A model generated the notes under the pieces. It worked only from the letters and a program-made list of their open reading frames with translations. It made no database searches and was not told where the DNA came from. The position numbers were made by a program, and so were the translations under genes. A DNA stretch of 64,000 nt from an uncultured Bacilli bacterium. Its GTDB lineage: Bacteria > Bacillota_I > Bacilli_A > RFN20 > CAG-288. The stretch covers positions 80,309 through 144,308 of the forward strand of contig CALVMW010000001.1 in NCBI GenBank assembly GCA_944349335.1, in the 5' to 3' direction. This document shows, piece after piece, positions 1-8,976 of this stretch (position 1 is its first letter; the number at the start of each line of letters is the position of its first letter).

Positions 1-934
1 GTTTATTACCAGCAGCTTGACTTGCAGAGATAACAGACTGATAAACAGCACCGCCGCAACCGAAGATAACTTCAGTTCCTCTCTGATACCAACTTGTGCA
101 GTATTGAGTAGCAGCAGTTGTCGCTTGGAACTCACCAGCATAATAATACTGAATATTGATAGCTCCATCCTCTAAGCCTAATTCACTAGCAGCATAGTCA
201 GCACCTTGGCAATAACCAGAACCATATCTGACAACAGCAGGGACAGCCATACCACCTAAGAAGCCTAAGTTGCGATAACCTTCTTTAACAGCAGCATAGC
301 CAGCTAAGAAACCAGACTGCTCTTCACGATAAATGATAGAAGTGATATTATCGGTATATTCATAAGCAGCGTTGCCATTATCTGAATCTTCCTTAACACA
401 ATCGAAAGCTAAGAAATGAACATCATCAAATTCACCAGAATCGATAGCTTGTTTAATAGCAGATTGGAAAAGGTAACCAGGTAAAACGATAACATCAGCA
501 CCCCAAGAATTAGCTGAGCGCATAGCTTCTAAACGGCCCTGAGTATCATAATTATCTTCTGCCGGTTGATAATAATGGGTTTGAATTAAACCATCAGAAA
601 CCATATTATCAGAACCGATAGTTCCACCACCATTAGTTACAGCGAAAGCATTGACACCATTCCATGCAGACTCATTGAAAGAGTGATCATTTAATGTTCC
701 AGAATCAGTAACTAAAGCAATTCTTAAAGGCTTTTCTTCAGTGTAATTTAATTCAGCTAATTTACCATCATCGACAGTGTTATCGGTTCCGATATCTGTT
801 TCTTCTAATTCGAAAAAATCAACTTCGTCAGTAGTAGAAGAATTATTAGAACCACTGATACTAGAAGTTGATGTACAGGAACCAAGAGCTAAAACTAAGA
901 CAGCAAGAGAGATCAAACTGAACTGCTTTTTCAT
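1..934 (-). CDS. BMP-family (PnrA-like) ABC-transporter substrate-binding lipoprotein; 3' end runs off the window
   Basis: Hand translation of the minus strand from the ATG at 932-934 gives MKKQFSLISLAVLVLALGSCTSTSS... (signal peptide plus lipobox Cys, Ser-rich tether). Downstream residues (NDHSFNESAWNGV, GADVIVLPGY, FLAFDCV) are typical of the basic-membrane-protein nucleoside-binding family. The forward 69-aa ORF at 777..986 is a shadow of this gene. Confidence 0.75.
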   Translation of the reverse strand, partial: MKKQFSLISLAVLVLALGSCTSTSSISGSNNSSTTDEVDFFELEETDIGTDNTVDDGKLAELNYTEEKPLRIALVTDSGTLNDHSFNESAWNGVNAFAVTNGGGTIGSDNMVSDGLIQTHYYQPAEDNYDTQGRLEAMRSANSWGADVIVLPGYLFQSAIKQAIDSGEFDDVHFLAFDCVKEDSDNGNAAYEYTDNITSIIYREEQSGFLAGYAAVKEGYRNLGFLGGMAVPAVVRYGSGYCQGADYAASELGLEDGAINIQYYYAGEFQATTAATQYCTSWYQRGTEVIFGCGGAVYQSVISASQAAGNK

Positions 935-1525
935 ATATTCTTTTCCTCCTTTTTATATGAAAAAAACGTCTTTCCCGAAAAAATGAGCTCGACATACTGA
1001 GCCCATTTAAACCAATTACCCCTCTAGATATTTGGAATAAATGGATAGCCCCTTATAATGGCTAAGGGCTAGAAACATGACCACCACTCTAGGTCAACTA
1101 TACCCATTTTTTCAATACTTAATTTTATCACATAATTTATTTTCACCATTTTTAATCTCTATTAAATAGAAATAAACGACTAACTTTTAACCGCTATCAT
1201 TCTAGTTTTTTTAAGATTTTTATACTATAAATTACTAAAAAGGGGTTTCATGATTTTTACAAAAAAAAGATTGACAAGGTCTAAAAAATTAAATTTTGTT
1301 AAGCTGTATATACTATAAAACCAAGATAAAAATAATCTATTTTTTCACTAAATTTACTCAAACTGATTATCAACATACTTAAAAAATAGAGTAACTATAT
1401 TAAATAGCTACTCTTTTAATATCAATAATTTTATTTTTTGGTAATTTCATTTTTCATTAAAATAGCTTGTCAATATTTTTTTAACCATCTATCATCTTCG
1501 AGACTATTAATTATCTAAAGAGATT

Positions 1526-2944
1526 CTAACCAATACAGGATAGAATCTCACTAGATTTAAGATGTTTCTTTTCATAGAGAAGCTTACCTAAAGCGCTGAT
1601 TTGATCTCTGTGTGCTTTAATATATTTAATAGTTTCTTTTTCACACTTTCTAAGTAAAGCTTCAATCTTTCTCTCCATCTTTCTTCTTTTGATAGAAGTT
1701 TCGGTTCTCTTTCCTGACACGATGTGGGGAAGAGTCTCCCAACAAGAGGAATAGCCACACATATTAAACATGTTGTAAGCATCGACTCTCGCGTCTTGTA
1801 AATCGTCCTCACATCCTCTTGAACCTCTTCCACAAATAATCTTTTGCGCAAGAACACCAGCCATCGAGATTTTAATATCGGCAATAATTTTCTCATACGG
1901 CCAAAAGTCGCTTTCAATTTCATTAGCATGAAATTCGCCACTAGCACCAGAAATATTAAGTCTATTAATCTTAAAGTACTCCGGAAATGCTTTAGCAACG
2001 ACTGCATGTCCTGCTTCATGAATAGCAACTTCTAAGTTATCTTGTTTAGGTTTATCTTTAACTCTATCAGTAATATTATAAATAGAATTATCAATCATTT
2101 CTGAAGTGATATTATCAAAGCCATTCCTTAAAACTAAATCGTTTACAACAGCTTTTACACCTGCGCAAGTGATACCATTTAATGAAAGAGCAACTTCTTC
2201 ATCAATGAAATCTTCTGGAAACTTAAGATTAAACTCATGAAAATACTTTTTGAGAATCTCTAAAGCTTCTTCACCAGTTGGATATGGTACTCTTAAGAGT
2301 TTTTCTAGTCTTCCATGACGTAATAAGGCATCAGGAATATCACTGATGCTATTAGTAGCAGTTAGAACTAAGATATCATCATAGCTTTCAACACCATCAA
2401 GGTTTTCTTGTAATGCTCGCACAACTCTTCTTTCATGATTAATGAGCAAATCTAACTCATCAATGACAATAATTGCATGATCTACTTCTCGAGCTTTTTT
2501 AAATGTTTCATTGATACCTCTAACAATATTATTTTGTTCACCTTTAAAGACAAACACTGGGCAGTCACAGCATTTAATAAACTCTTTAATAAACAGTGAT
2601 TTACCATTACCTGGTTCTCCAAAGAGAATCACACCTTTAGGAACTGAAATACCTTTTGCTTTATATTCTTTTGAATGTTTAAACCAATTAATAACACTAA
2701 GAAGCTCTTCCTTTTGAGCTTCATGACCAATTACTCTTTCTAAAGGAACTTCGCCTTCTTTAAGCTTTGAAGCATAAATAAGTTCATATGATTCTACTTC
2801 TTTTGTTGAAAGTGATTCTTTTGACTCACTTGTTAAAGTAGATTCATCAAACTCCACCCAATCTTCTAAATCTTCTTCTTTTAAGTCCTCTTGTTCTTGT
2901 TCTAATGCTTCATCTTCATTAATTTTCCTTAATTGATAGTTCAT
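1526..2944 (-). CDS. FtsH-like AAA+ ATPase / M41 zinc-metalloprotease without the N-terminal transmembrane/periplasmic region (472 aa); acidic low-complexity N-terminus
   Basis: Walker A GEPGNGKS, Walker B IVIDELD, second region of homology TATNSISDIPDALLRHGRLE, and zinc site HEAGHAVVAKAF all line up with FtsH. No hydrophobic N-terminal segment; the first ~60 aa are E/D-rich. Confidence 0.7.
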   Translation of the reverse strand: MNYQLRKINEDEALEQEQEDLKEEDLEDWVEFDESTLTSESKESLSTKEVESYELIYASKLKEGEVPLERVIGHEAQKEELLSVINWFKHSKEYKAKGISVPKGVILFGEPGNGKSLFIKEFIKCCDCPVFVFKGEQNNIVRGINETFKKAREVDHAIIVIDELDLLINHERRVVRALQENLDGVESYDDILVLTATNSISDIPDALLRHGRLEKLLRVPYPTGEEALEILKKYFHEFNLKFPEDFIDEEVALSLNGITCAGVKAVVNDLVLRNGFDNITSEMIDNSIYNITDRVKDKPKQDNLEVAIHEAGHAVVAKAFPEYFKINRLNISGASGEFHANEIESDFWPYEKIIADIKISMAGVLAQKIICGRGSRGCEDDLQDARVDAYNMFNMCGYSSCWETLPHIVSGKRTETSIKRRKMERKIEALLRKCEKETIKYIKAHRDQISALGKLLYEKKHLKSSEILSCIG

Positions 2945-3472
2945 ATTTTTCCTCGCTTTTCTCTATTATTATGAACACTTTTTTTACTTATTTTTTATAA
3001 ATTTAATTATGTCCTCATATAAGTACATCAATAAAAGTGAATAAGATAGTGTTTATATTTATAAAATACTCATTTTTTATATATTTTATTTATTTACTTT
3101 CTTCTAAAAATATCCATGTTTAATCAAATTTAACAAAAAAAATAATAAAAAAAAGAAAAAATAACATATTAAATTTTTTGATTATTGAAATGATTAAAAC
3201 TATAAAAAGTAAAAAAGTACTAATCTAACAATAACGATATATTTCTTCAAAAAAGTCTTTTGTTTTTAATTTCTATTCTTATTAAATCGACTCCTTAATC
3301 ACTTCAAAAAACAGTATTTTATTGAATATAAAATAAGAATATAAATAATTATAAATAGTCGAGTTATTTTAAACTATATAACTATTTTAATCTATATTAT
3401 CTTTAATTTATATATTCTCCATAAAATCACTATTAGAAATAAGAGAAGTGAAGAGACTATTTAAATAGTTCT

Positions 3473-3787
3473 TCAATCTCCAGAATTTCCTTGATGAGAA
3501 AGATAAGTTTCCTCTGTCTCCTCTCTTTTAAAAATATAAAAATTTTCAATTCTAGAAATCATAGTACTATTAAATGCTTTACGATAAGGATAAATACTAA
3601 TTAAATCAAATCCAGCTTCACCAATATTCTCTAAAGTTGTAAACCAAATATTATATTTTGGATTTTCATTTTCCATTTTAAGTTCTTTGATTAACCATTC
3701 TGCTGGAGGCTCTGAATTACACCAATACAAAATAGAATTTCTATAGCCATTGTCAGTAAATTTAAGATAAACATAAACTGTTTTCAT
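3473..3787 (-). CDS. hypothetical protein (104 aa), co-oriented 17 nt downstream of the 430-aa ORF
   Basis: ORF only; no motif recognised; tight spacing with the upstream gene suggests an operon. Confidence 0.4.
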   Translation of the reverse strand: MKTVYVYLKFTDNGYRNSILYWCNSEPPAEWLIKELKMENENPKYNIWFTTLENIGEAGFDLISIYPYRKAFNSTMISRIENFYIFKREETEETYLSHQGNSGD

Positions 3788-3804
3788 CGATTTAACCTCC
3801 TATT

Positions 3805-5097
3805 TTATGAATTATCTGTTAATTTAGTAATTTGTTCACTTATATCGAGATTTAATGTTTTAATGTATTTTTTAGCATGGTTAAAATAAAAATTATATAA
3901 TTTTTTGTTGATCATTTCGGGCCCTACTACGACAACCATATCGGAAATGTTAATATTTCCGTTACCATGTACATCACTTACAAGCCAGGACATGAAAGCA
4001 TCTGGATCAATATAAGTATTTACTACAAAATATTTCGGATCTTCACCTTCTTTAAGGGGATGAGGAATAATATAGTCAGCTTGATTGTCATTTGGATCAA
4101 TATTTTTAAGCTCATTAATATCAAATGAAGTACAAGAAACACAAGCAAATTTTGTAGAGAAGAACTCTTCATATGATCTTTTTACAAATTTAAAAAATGG
4201 TTTTCTAACATAGAAACTTGTTCTGATCGCTTCACCGCTGATAGGCATTTTATTTTCTTCGATCATTGTTTCTAATGAATCATAGTGTTTTTTAGCATAT
4301 TTAGATTTCTCTCTAAACAATTTTTCTAAATCTCTATTTTCATCAAAATCAGCGCATAATACTTCTTTATCTGAACCATCGGGTACATTAAGATTTTCGA
4401 TAGTATCAAATATATATCCCTTAAAAAAGATAAAGTCTCCAGTATCGATTGGTAATAAAAGTGCATATAGTTTATTTCGGTATTCTTTAATCTTATAAAC
4501 TCTATACCAAAAGTCATAGAAATAAATATCAGGACTCTTAAAACCACGTATTTTAAATCTGATTTTCAACATCTTTCCTTCAGTAAATGCCTTATTGACA
4601 AGCCTTATTTTTCTACTAGTAGCAATATTATATTTATTTACTCCTTTTTTAAGCTTCTTTAACTCATTTTTATAATAGCTTCGGTTATGAATATTTGATA
4701 AAGAGTCTAATAATCTTTCTATCAAAAAATCTGTATCCTCATCCTTTGTAAATTTATCATTTTGAACCGCTGCTAAAATTTTTAAAATTTGCTCTTCACT
4801 TAAATAATATTTCTGCTCAATATAATACTTGCCTGATTTTGTTACTTCTAAGACAAAAGGAACTACATCAGAAAATTTAGTGGTAACTTCCATTAAAAAT
4901 CTAAGACAGTCCCCGATTCTTTGTCTTCTAACATCATTACCCTTTTTGGCCTTAGCATCGTATTTTAAACCGAAGTCATTAGCGTGTCGACAAATATCTT
5001 GTTGTGTGGCTGGATGGTTTTCATCAGTAAATCTTAGCAAATAGTCCAGAGTAAGCAATAATTCTATTTGATGGATTCTAGTGTCTGAATTTCCCAT
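3805..5097 (-). CDS. hypothetical protein (430 aa) with N-terminal winged-HTH-like segment and a central WYL-like segment; possible BrxR/CapW-type regulator with a long C-terminal extension
   Basis: N-terminus RIHQIELLLTLDYLLRFTDENHPATQQDICRHA resembles the HTH_11 region of WYL regulators. Central KIRFKIRGFKSPDIYFYDFWYRVYKIKEYRNKLYALLLPIDTG resembles a WYL domain core. Inference from motif resemblance only. Confidence 0.45.
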   Translation of the reverse strand: MGNSDTRIHQIELLLTLDYLLRFTDENHPATQQDICRHANDFGLKYDAKAKKGNDVRRQRIGDCLRFLMEVTTKFSDVVPFVLEVTKSGKYYIEQKYYLSEEQILKILAAVQNDKFTKDEDTDFLIERLLDSLSNIHNRSYYKNELKKLKKGVNKYNIATSRKIRLVNKAFTEGKMLKIRFKIRGFKSPDIYFYDFWYRVYKIKEYRNKLYALLLPIDTGDFIFFKGYIFDTIENLNVPDGSDKEVLCADFDENRDLEKLFREKSKYAKKHYDSLETMIEENKMPISGEAIRTSFYVRKPFFKFVKRSYEEFFSTKFACVSCTSFDINELKNIDPNDNQADYIIPHPLKEGEDPKYFVVNTYIDPDAFMSWLVSDVHGNGNINISDMVVVVGPEMINKKLYNFYFNHAKKYIKTLNLDISEQITKLTDNS

Positions 5098-5524
5098 ATT
5101 ATTCCTCCACGCTTAAATGATAATATATGAAAAAAGTATAACACACACATTTTTAATTATGTACTTATATAAGAACGATAAATATTCTTAACTTTCTAAC
5201 TAATATTAAAATTACTTTAGTTACAAACCAAAATTTTGAAATTTTTAATACTCTCTTTTAGCCTTAGTTAAATATAAGACATAATCCATAAAATCATAAT
5301 TTAGAATTTAAAAATAAGCTTATAGGTTAAATAAAGTTTAAAATATAGATTATTATTTTTTAGTGACAACACACAGACCATTTCCACATGAGTACTAAAT
5401 CAAAAAATATCCCCACAAAATAACGAAAATATAAGAAATATTTCTGTAGTACTAATACTGTTCGTACAACCCTTTTCCCACAAAATATAGATTCCATCAA
5501 TTTTGCGTTTCCTTGATGCAAAAT

Positions 5525-6540
5525 CTACTCCTCACTATCAATATTATCTTCCACTGTCTTTATAGATTCCAGGGCTTGATATTCCTGTTTTAATTCTCGA
5601 AGCAATTCTTCCTCGCTTGGTAAATACAATTTGTATTTTGACGCAAAAATCTGTGTTTCATTTTCAGGTAACGTATACTTAACTACAGACTCACTTTTAT
5701 CTGCGCACAAAACAATGCCAATCGGTGGATTGTCTCCCTCATTCATAAGTTCTCGCTCATAATAATGAACATACATCTGCATCTGTCCTAAATCCTGATG
5801 TGTTAAGTCTCCAACTTTTCAATCTATCAAAACAAAACACTTTAAAATGTAATTATAAAATACAAGATCAATTCTAAAATGCCGCCCATCAAATGTTATT
5901 CTTTTCTGTCTTGCAACAAATGAAAATCCTATGCCAAGTTCCAAAATAAATTTCTGTAAATGTGTAATTAGAGCTTGTTTTAAATCACTTTCATAAAAAT
6001 CTTCATTCGGTGTCAGTCCAAGAAATTCTAATACATATGGGTCACGGATGACATCTTCAGGTTTCTTCATCGGCTCTAAAGCCTGTATTTCCTGTGAAAC
6101 TTGCTCCTTATTTTTACTGGATAATAATCTTTCATAAAAGAAGGAATTTATCTGACGCTCAAGTTGTCTGGTACTCCATTGAGACTTTACAGCTTCCTGC
6201 ATATAAAATTCTCGTGCATTTTCATTCTCTACTCGCATTAGAAGGCGATAGTGCGTCCAACTCAATCCGCTACGCAGTGCGTAGCCATTTGGAAATGTTA
6301 AATAAAATTGCCTCATATTTTTCAAATTTGCAACGGTAAATCCTTTACCAAAATCTCGTGTCATTTGCTTTGACAACTCTTTTAATAAGCCTGTACCATA
6401 CTTAGCTTTTCCATTGCCACCTTGTTCTTCAATGATTGATTTTCCTATATTCCAATAGGCTTCAACCATTGCAAAATTAGCCGTTTGATAGACTTTATTT
6501 CTCGCTGTGGTTCAAATATTCTTTATTTCATCATAGAATT
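5525..6540 (-). pseudogene. YhcG/DUF1016-family PDDEXK nuclease, disrupted (two in-frame TGA codons, degraded start)
   Basis: The 216-aa (5819..6469) and 85-aa (5525..5782) track ORFs are in the same frame, separated by an in-frame TGA at 5819-5821 (...CFVLID*KVGDLTHQDLGQMQMY...). The N-terminal homology RNKVYQTANFAMVEAYWNIGKSIIE continues upstream of the annotated Met to a second in-frame TGA (...FYDEIKNI*TTARNKVY...) with no usable start. Matching residues include YWNIGK, NLKNMRQFY, RIDLVFYN and a DUF1016 C-terminal tail. Confidence 0.6.
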
Positions 6541-6574
6541 TTTAATTCATATACAATCCTCTTTTCTGAGATTT

Positions 6575-8584
6575 TTAAGATGGCATATTATCTTCGATAA
6601 TTTGTTTTATAATATCAAACACTAAATGAAATTCTGAAAAATCAATATTCTTCATTTCCTCACTCTCCGTGTAGATTGCCTTTGCAAATTCCATTTTGGA
6701 CAAAGCCAAATTAACCTTATTTTCATCTTTAATACTAAATACTCTTTTTTCCGATTGTCCGTCGATAATACAAATTTTCCCATGCCCACAACTATTTCTA
6801 TCCAAGCACATATAGTTCTTATCATTTGACAAACCAAATTCATCAAATTCCCGTCCCATATATATCCTTCTTGGAATACCATTAATCTCTATGGCTCTTT
6901 GTAAATCATCATCTAAATAATAATGTTCAATACACACTTGCTGCGTTTCTAATCTATGCTTTGGTATAGGCAAAATCATAGAATATACATTATTTTTCCA
7001 TATTTTGTACCTTCCTTCCACAGTTAATTGTTTGCTTGTATTTCTATCATCGGCATCAGCAACGAATATTATTTTTCGTGATTGCTGTACCTTTTCAAAT
7101 TCTTTGCACATTGTAACAAGATTAGAAGAACTCATATCTAATTTGGGGAGGTCATTGCTTTTAGAATTTTTAGGATTGTACTCAAGGAACTCTATGTCCA
7201 AATCATTATATTTTTTCTCCTGATTCTGAAAATAACGTAAAGCGGCTTTAAGATGCCTCCAGTCAGTTGCCCCTTCTGTTACAACTAAAGTCTTCTGCGT
7301 TCTATTTTGAATTGCATTTTTAATTTCTGATTGATATTTTTCTGTATTAGTCATATATGTGTATGCCTTCTTAAATTCTGTAAATCCTTCTGATGAGATT
7401 ATTTCTGCATTTGGCATCTGGTATATGTAATATCCATCTTTCCCATATTGTTCATCCATTCCTAACAGAAAAAGCGGGGAATGTGTCGTTATTATAAATT
7501 GTACTTTTGGAAATAATTTAAGCAATTTTGGTAACACCTCCCTCTGTAGTTTCGAATGTAAATGCAGTTCTATTTCATCAATAACAACAATCCCTTCTAT
7601 TTCATAATTCTTAATGCTTCTATTTATATCATTACTATCAGCATATCGTATAATCGTGGCAAACATATTAAACAATGCACTTTGTCCCGTTGATAATGCA
7701 TCCAATGTTGGGATTATGACTTTGTTGCTTTGACTATCAAAAATATTAAATCTTGATCCATACGCAGAACGAAAATTTAATCCAAAATATATATCTCTAC
7801 CGAGTATTTCCCCCATGACCTTTTCAATATTTTCTCTTGCAATATTCAATATCAATGCTTCGTTCACATCAACATGTGCAACTTGTAATCCAGTATTAGT
7901 TTTTTTTATATCCACTCTTGAATCCACAATGACATCCAAAAGCCACTTTAATGTTTCTTCCGTTACATTTTTTACTGAGATTGGCGTATTTAACTTTCCA
8001 TCATACCGATTTCTAATCATTATGTGCATGTCTGAGTCTTGCTCAGACACATAATATTTTTTCCCCATCCACTGGGGTCTTTCATATCTATCTGGTCCGA
8101 AATAACAAAAAATATTTTTCTCAAATACTTTTTCTATTTCTTTTTTTGAAATAAAAATATCTTTAAAATTTTCCTCATCTTTCCATATCCTTTTATTTTT
8201 TAATTCAACCCCTGTTTCAAGATGAAATTCATCATAAGTTAATTTGCCACTCTTAAATATATACTGACCTGCAGTATCTTCCTTATTAGATTCACAAAAT
8301 TCGATATAGGATATCATAAACTCATGACCAATATTTATCTCAGACGGAAGAATAGCTTTATAATATTGATAGCCTTCTCCATCTCTCTCTTGAACATTAT
8401 TGTAGACTTTTCCGGCCATTTCATAAAATGCATCAACTATGTTAGATAGTACTGTCGATTTTCCAGAACCATTTTCTCCGACTAATACAACGGGTTTAGG
8501 TGTATTATCACTATTTTTTCCAAAACTAATATTAACCCTTTCAGTAGGTCCAATGTTTCTATTATAAATAGATTTTATTTGCAC
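6575..8584 (-). CDS. OLD-family ABC-type ATPase fused to a C-terminal Toprim (DUF4435-like) nuclease domain; length and architecture fit a single-polypeptide PARIS (AriA-AriB) defence protein or a class-1 OLD nuclease
   Basis: N-terminal Walker A VLVGENGSGKSTVL; ABC-type Walker B/H-loop VVIDEIELHLH...FIITTHSPLFL; C-terminal LVVTEGATDWRHLKAA (Toprim Glu) and IIFVADADDRN (DxD). Intact 669-aa ORF. Confidence 0.65.
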   Translation of the reverse strand: MQIKSIYNRNIGPTERVNISFGKNSDNTPKPVVLVGENGSGKSTVLSNIVDAFYEMAGKVYNNVQERDGEGYQYYKAILPSEINIGHEFMISYIEFCESNKEDTAGQYIFKSGKLTYDEFHLETGVELKNKRIWKDEENFKDIFISKKEIEKVFEKNIFCYFGPDRYERPQWMGKKYYVSEQDSDMHIMIRNRYDGKLNTPISVKNVTEETLKWLLDVIVDSRVDIKKTNTGLQVAHVDVNEALILNIARENIEKVMGEILGRDIYFGLNFRSAYGSRFNIFDSQSNKVIIPTLDALSTGQSALFNMFATIIRYADSNDINRSIKNYEIEGIVVIDEIELHLHSKLQREVLPKLLKLFPKVQFIITTHSPLFLLGMDEQYGKDGYYIYQMPNAEIISSEGFTEFKKAYTYMTNTEKYQSEIKNAIQNRTQKTLVVTEGATDWRHLKAALRYFQNQEKKYNDLDIEFLEYNPKNSKSNDLPKLDMSSSNLVTMCKEFEKVQQSRKIIFVADADDRNTSKQLTVEGRYKIWKNNVYSMILPIPKHRLETQQVCIEHYYLDDDLQRAIEINGIPRRIYMGREFDEFGLSNDKNYMCLDRNSCGHGKICIIDGQSEKRVFSIKDENKVNLALSKMEFAKAIYTESEEMKNIDFSEFHLVFDIIKQIIEDNMPS

Positions 8585-8675
8585 TTTATCAAAAACTCCT
8601 TCCTATCTTTATCACAATAGTTTTCTATCTCTTATACTTATACATAGTACTCAAATATTATAGTTATCCTATTGT

Positions 8676-8864
8676 TCAAAAAAACCTTAATGCATCCTTT
8701 ATTGCTCCCACTTTCTCCACTGTTGAATATTTCCTCGAATGTTTAAATTCTTCTACCGCATTAGAGGCATCATACATTGGCAAACCCAAACTTCTTTTTA
8801 CCTCTGCTATATAAGCGGTAAGTACCTTGAATCCATGATTAGCTTCTATGTATTTATTTATCAT
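8676..8864 (-). other. small ORF / possible gene remnant immediately 3' of rlmD; its reading frame extends upstream without a start and overlaps the rlmD stop
   Basis: 62-aa track ORF; the same frame translates further 5' (…VRVEFGEREGKISLDNIVKRAEACKPKERVTYKMINKY…) with no Met; no family recognised. Confidence 0.2.
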
Positions 8865-8976
8865 TTTGTAGGTGACTCGCTCTTTCGGCTTGCACGCCTC
8901 GGCTCTTTTAACGATATTATCAAGCGATATTTTGCCCTCTCTCTCGCCAAACTCGACTCTTACACTGATTGTACTG

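Noticed and set aside
777-986. 69-aa forward ORF
   Set aside because: It lies antisense within the N-terminal coding region of the BMP lipoprotein gene, which has clear homology and a signal peptide. It is a shadow ORF.
1588-2717. Track ORFs 1588..2028(-), 1844..2035(+), 2511..2717(+)
   Set aside because: They sit entirely inside the FtsH-like gene in other frames, with low-complexity, AT-codon-biased translations and no motifs.
5819-5821. In-frame TGA codons in the DUF1016 gene might mean the organism uses genetic code 4 (TGA=Trp), as many Mollicutes do
   Set aside because: Every long housekeeping ORF in the window (alaS 864 aa, infB 605 aa, nusA 588 aa, LRR proteins) is uninterrupted under the standard code, and Trp is encoded by TGG. 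The two TGAs are confined to one decaying accessory gene and do not fall at conserved Trp positions.
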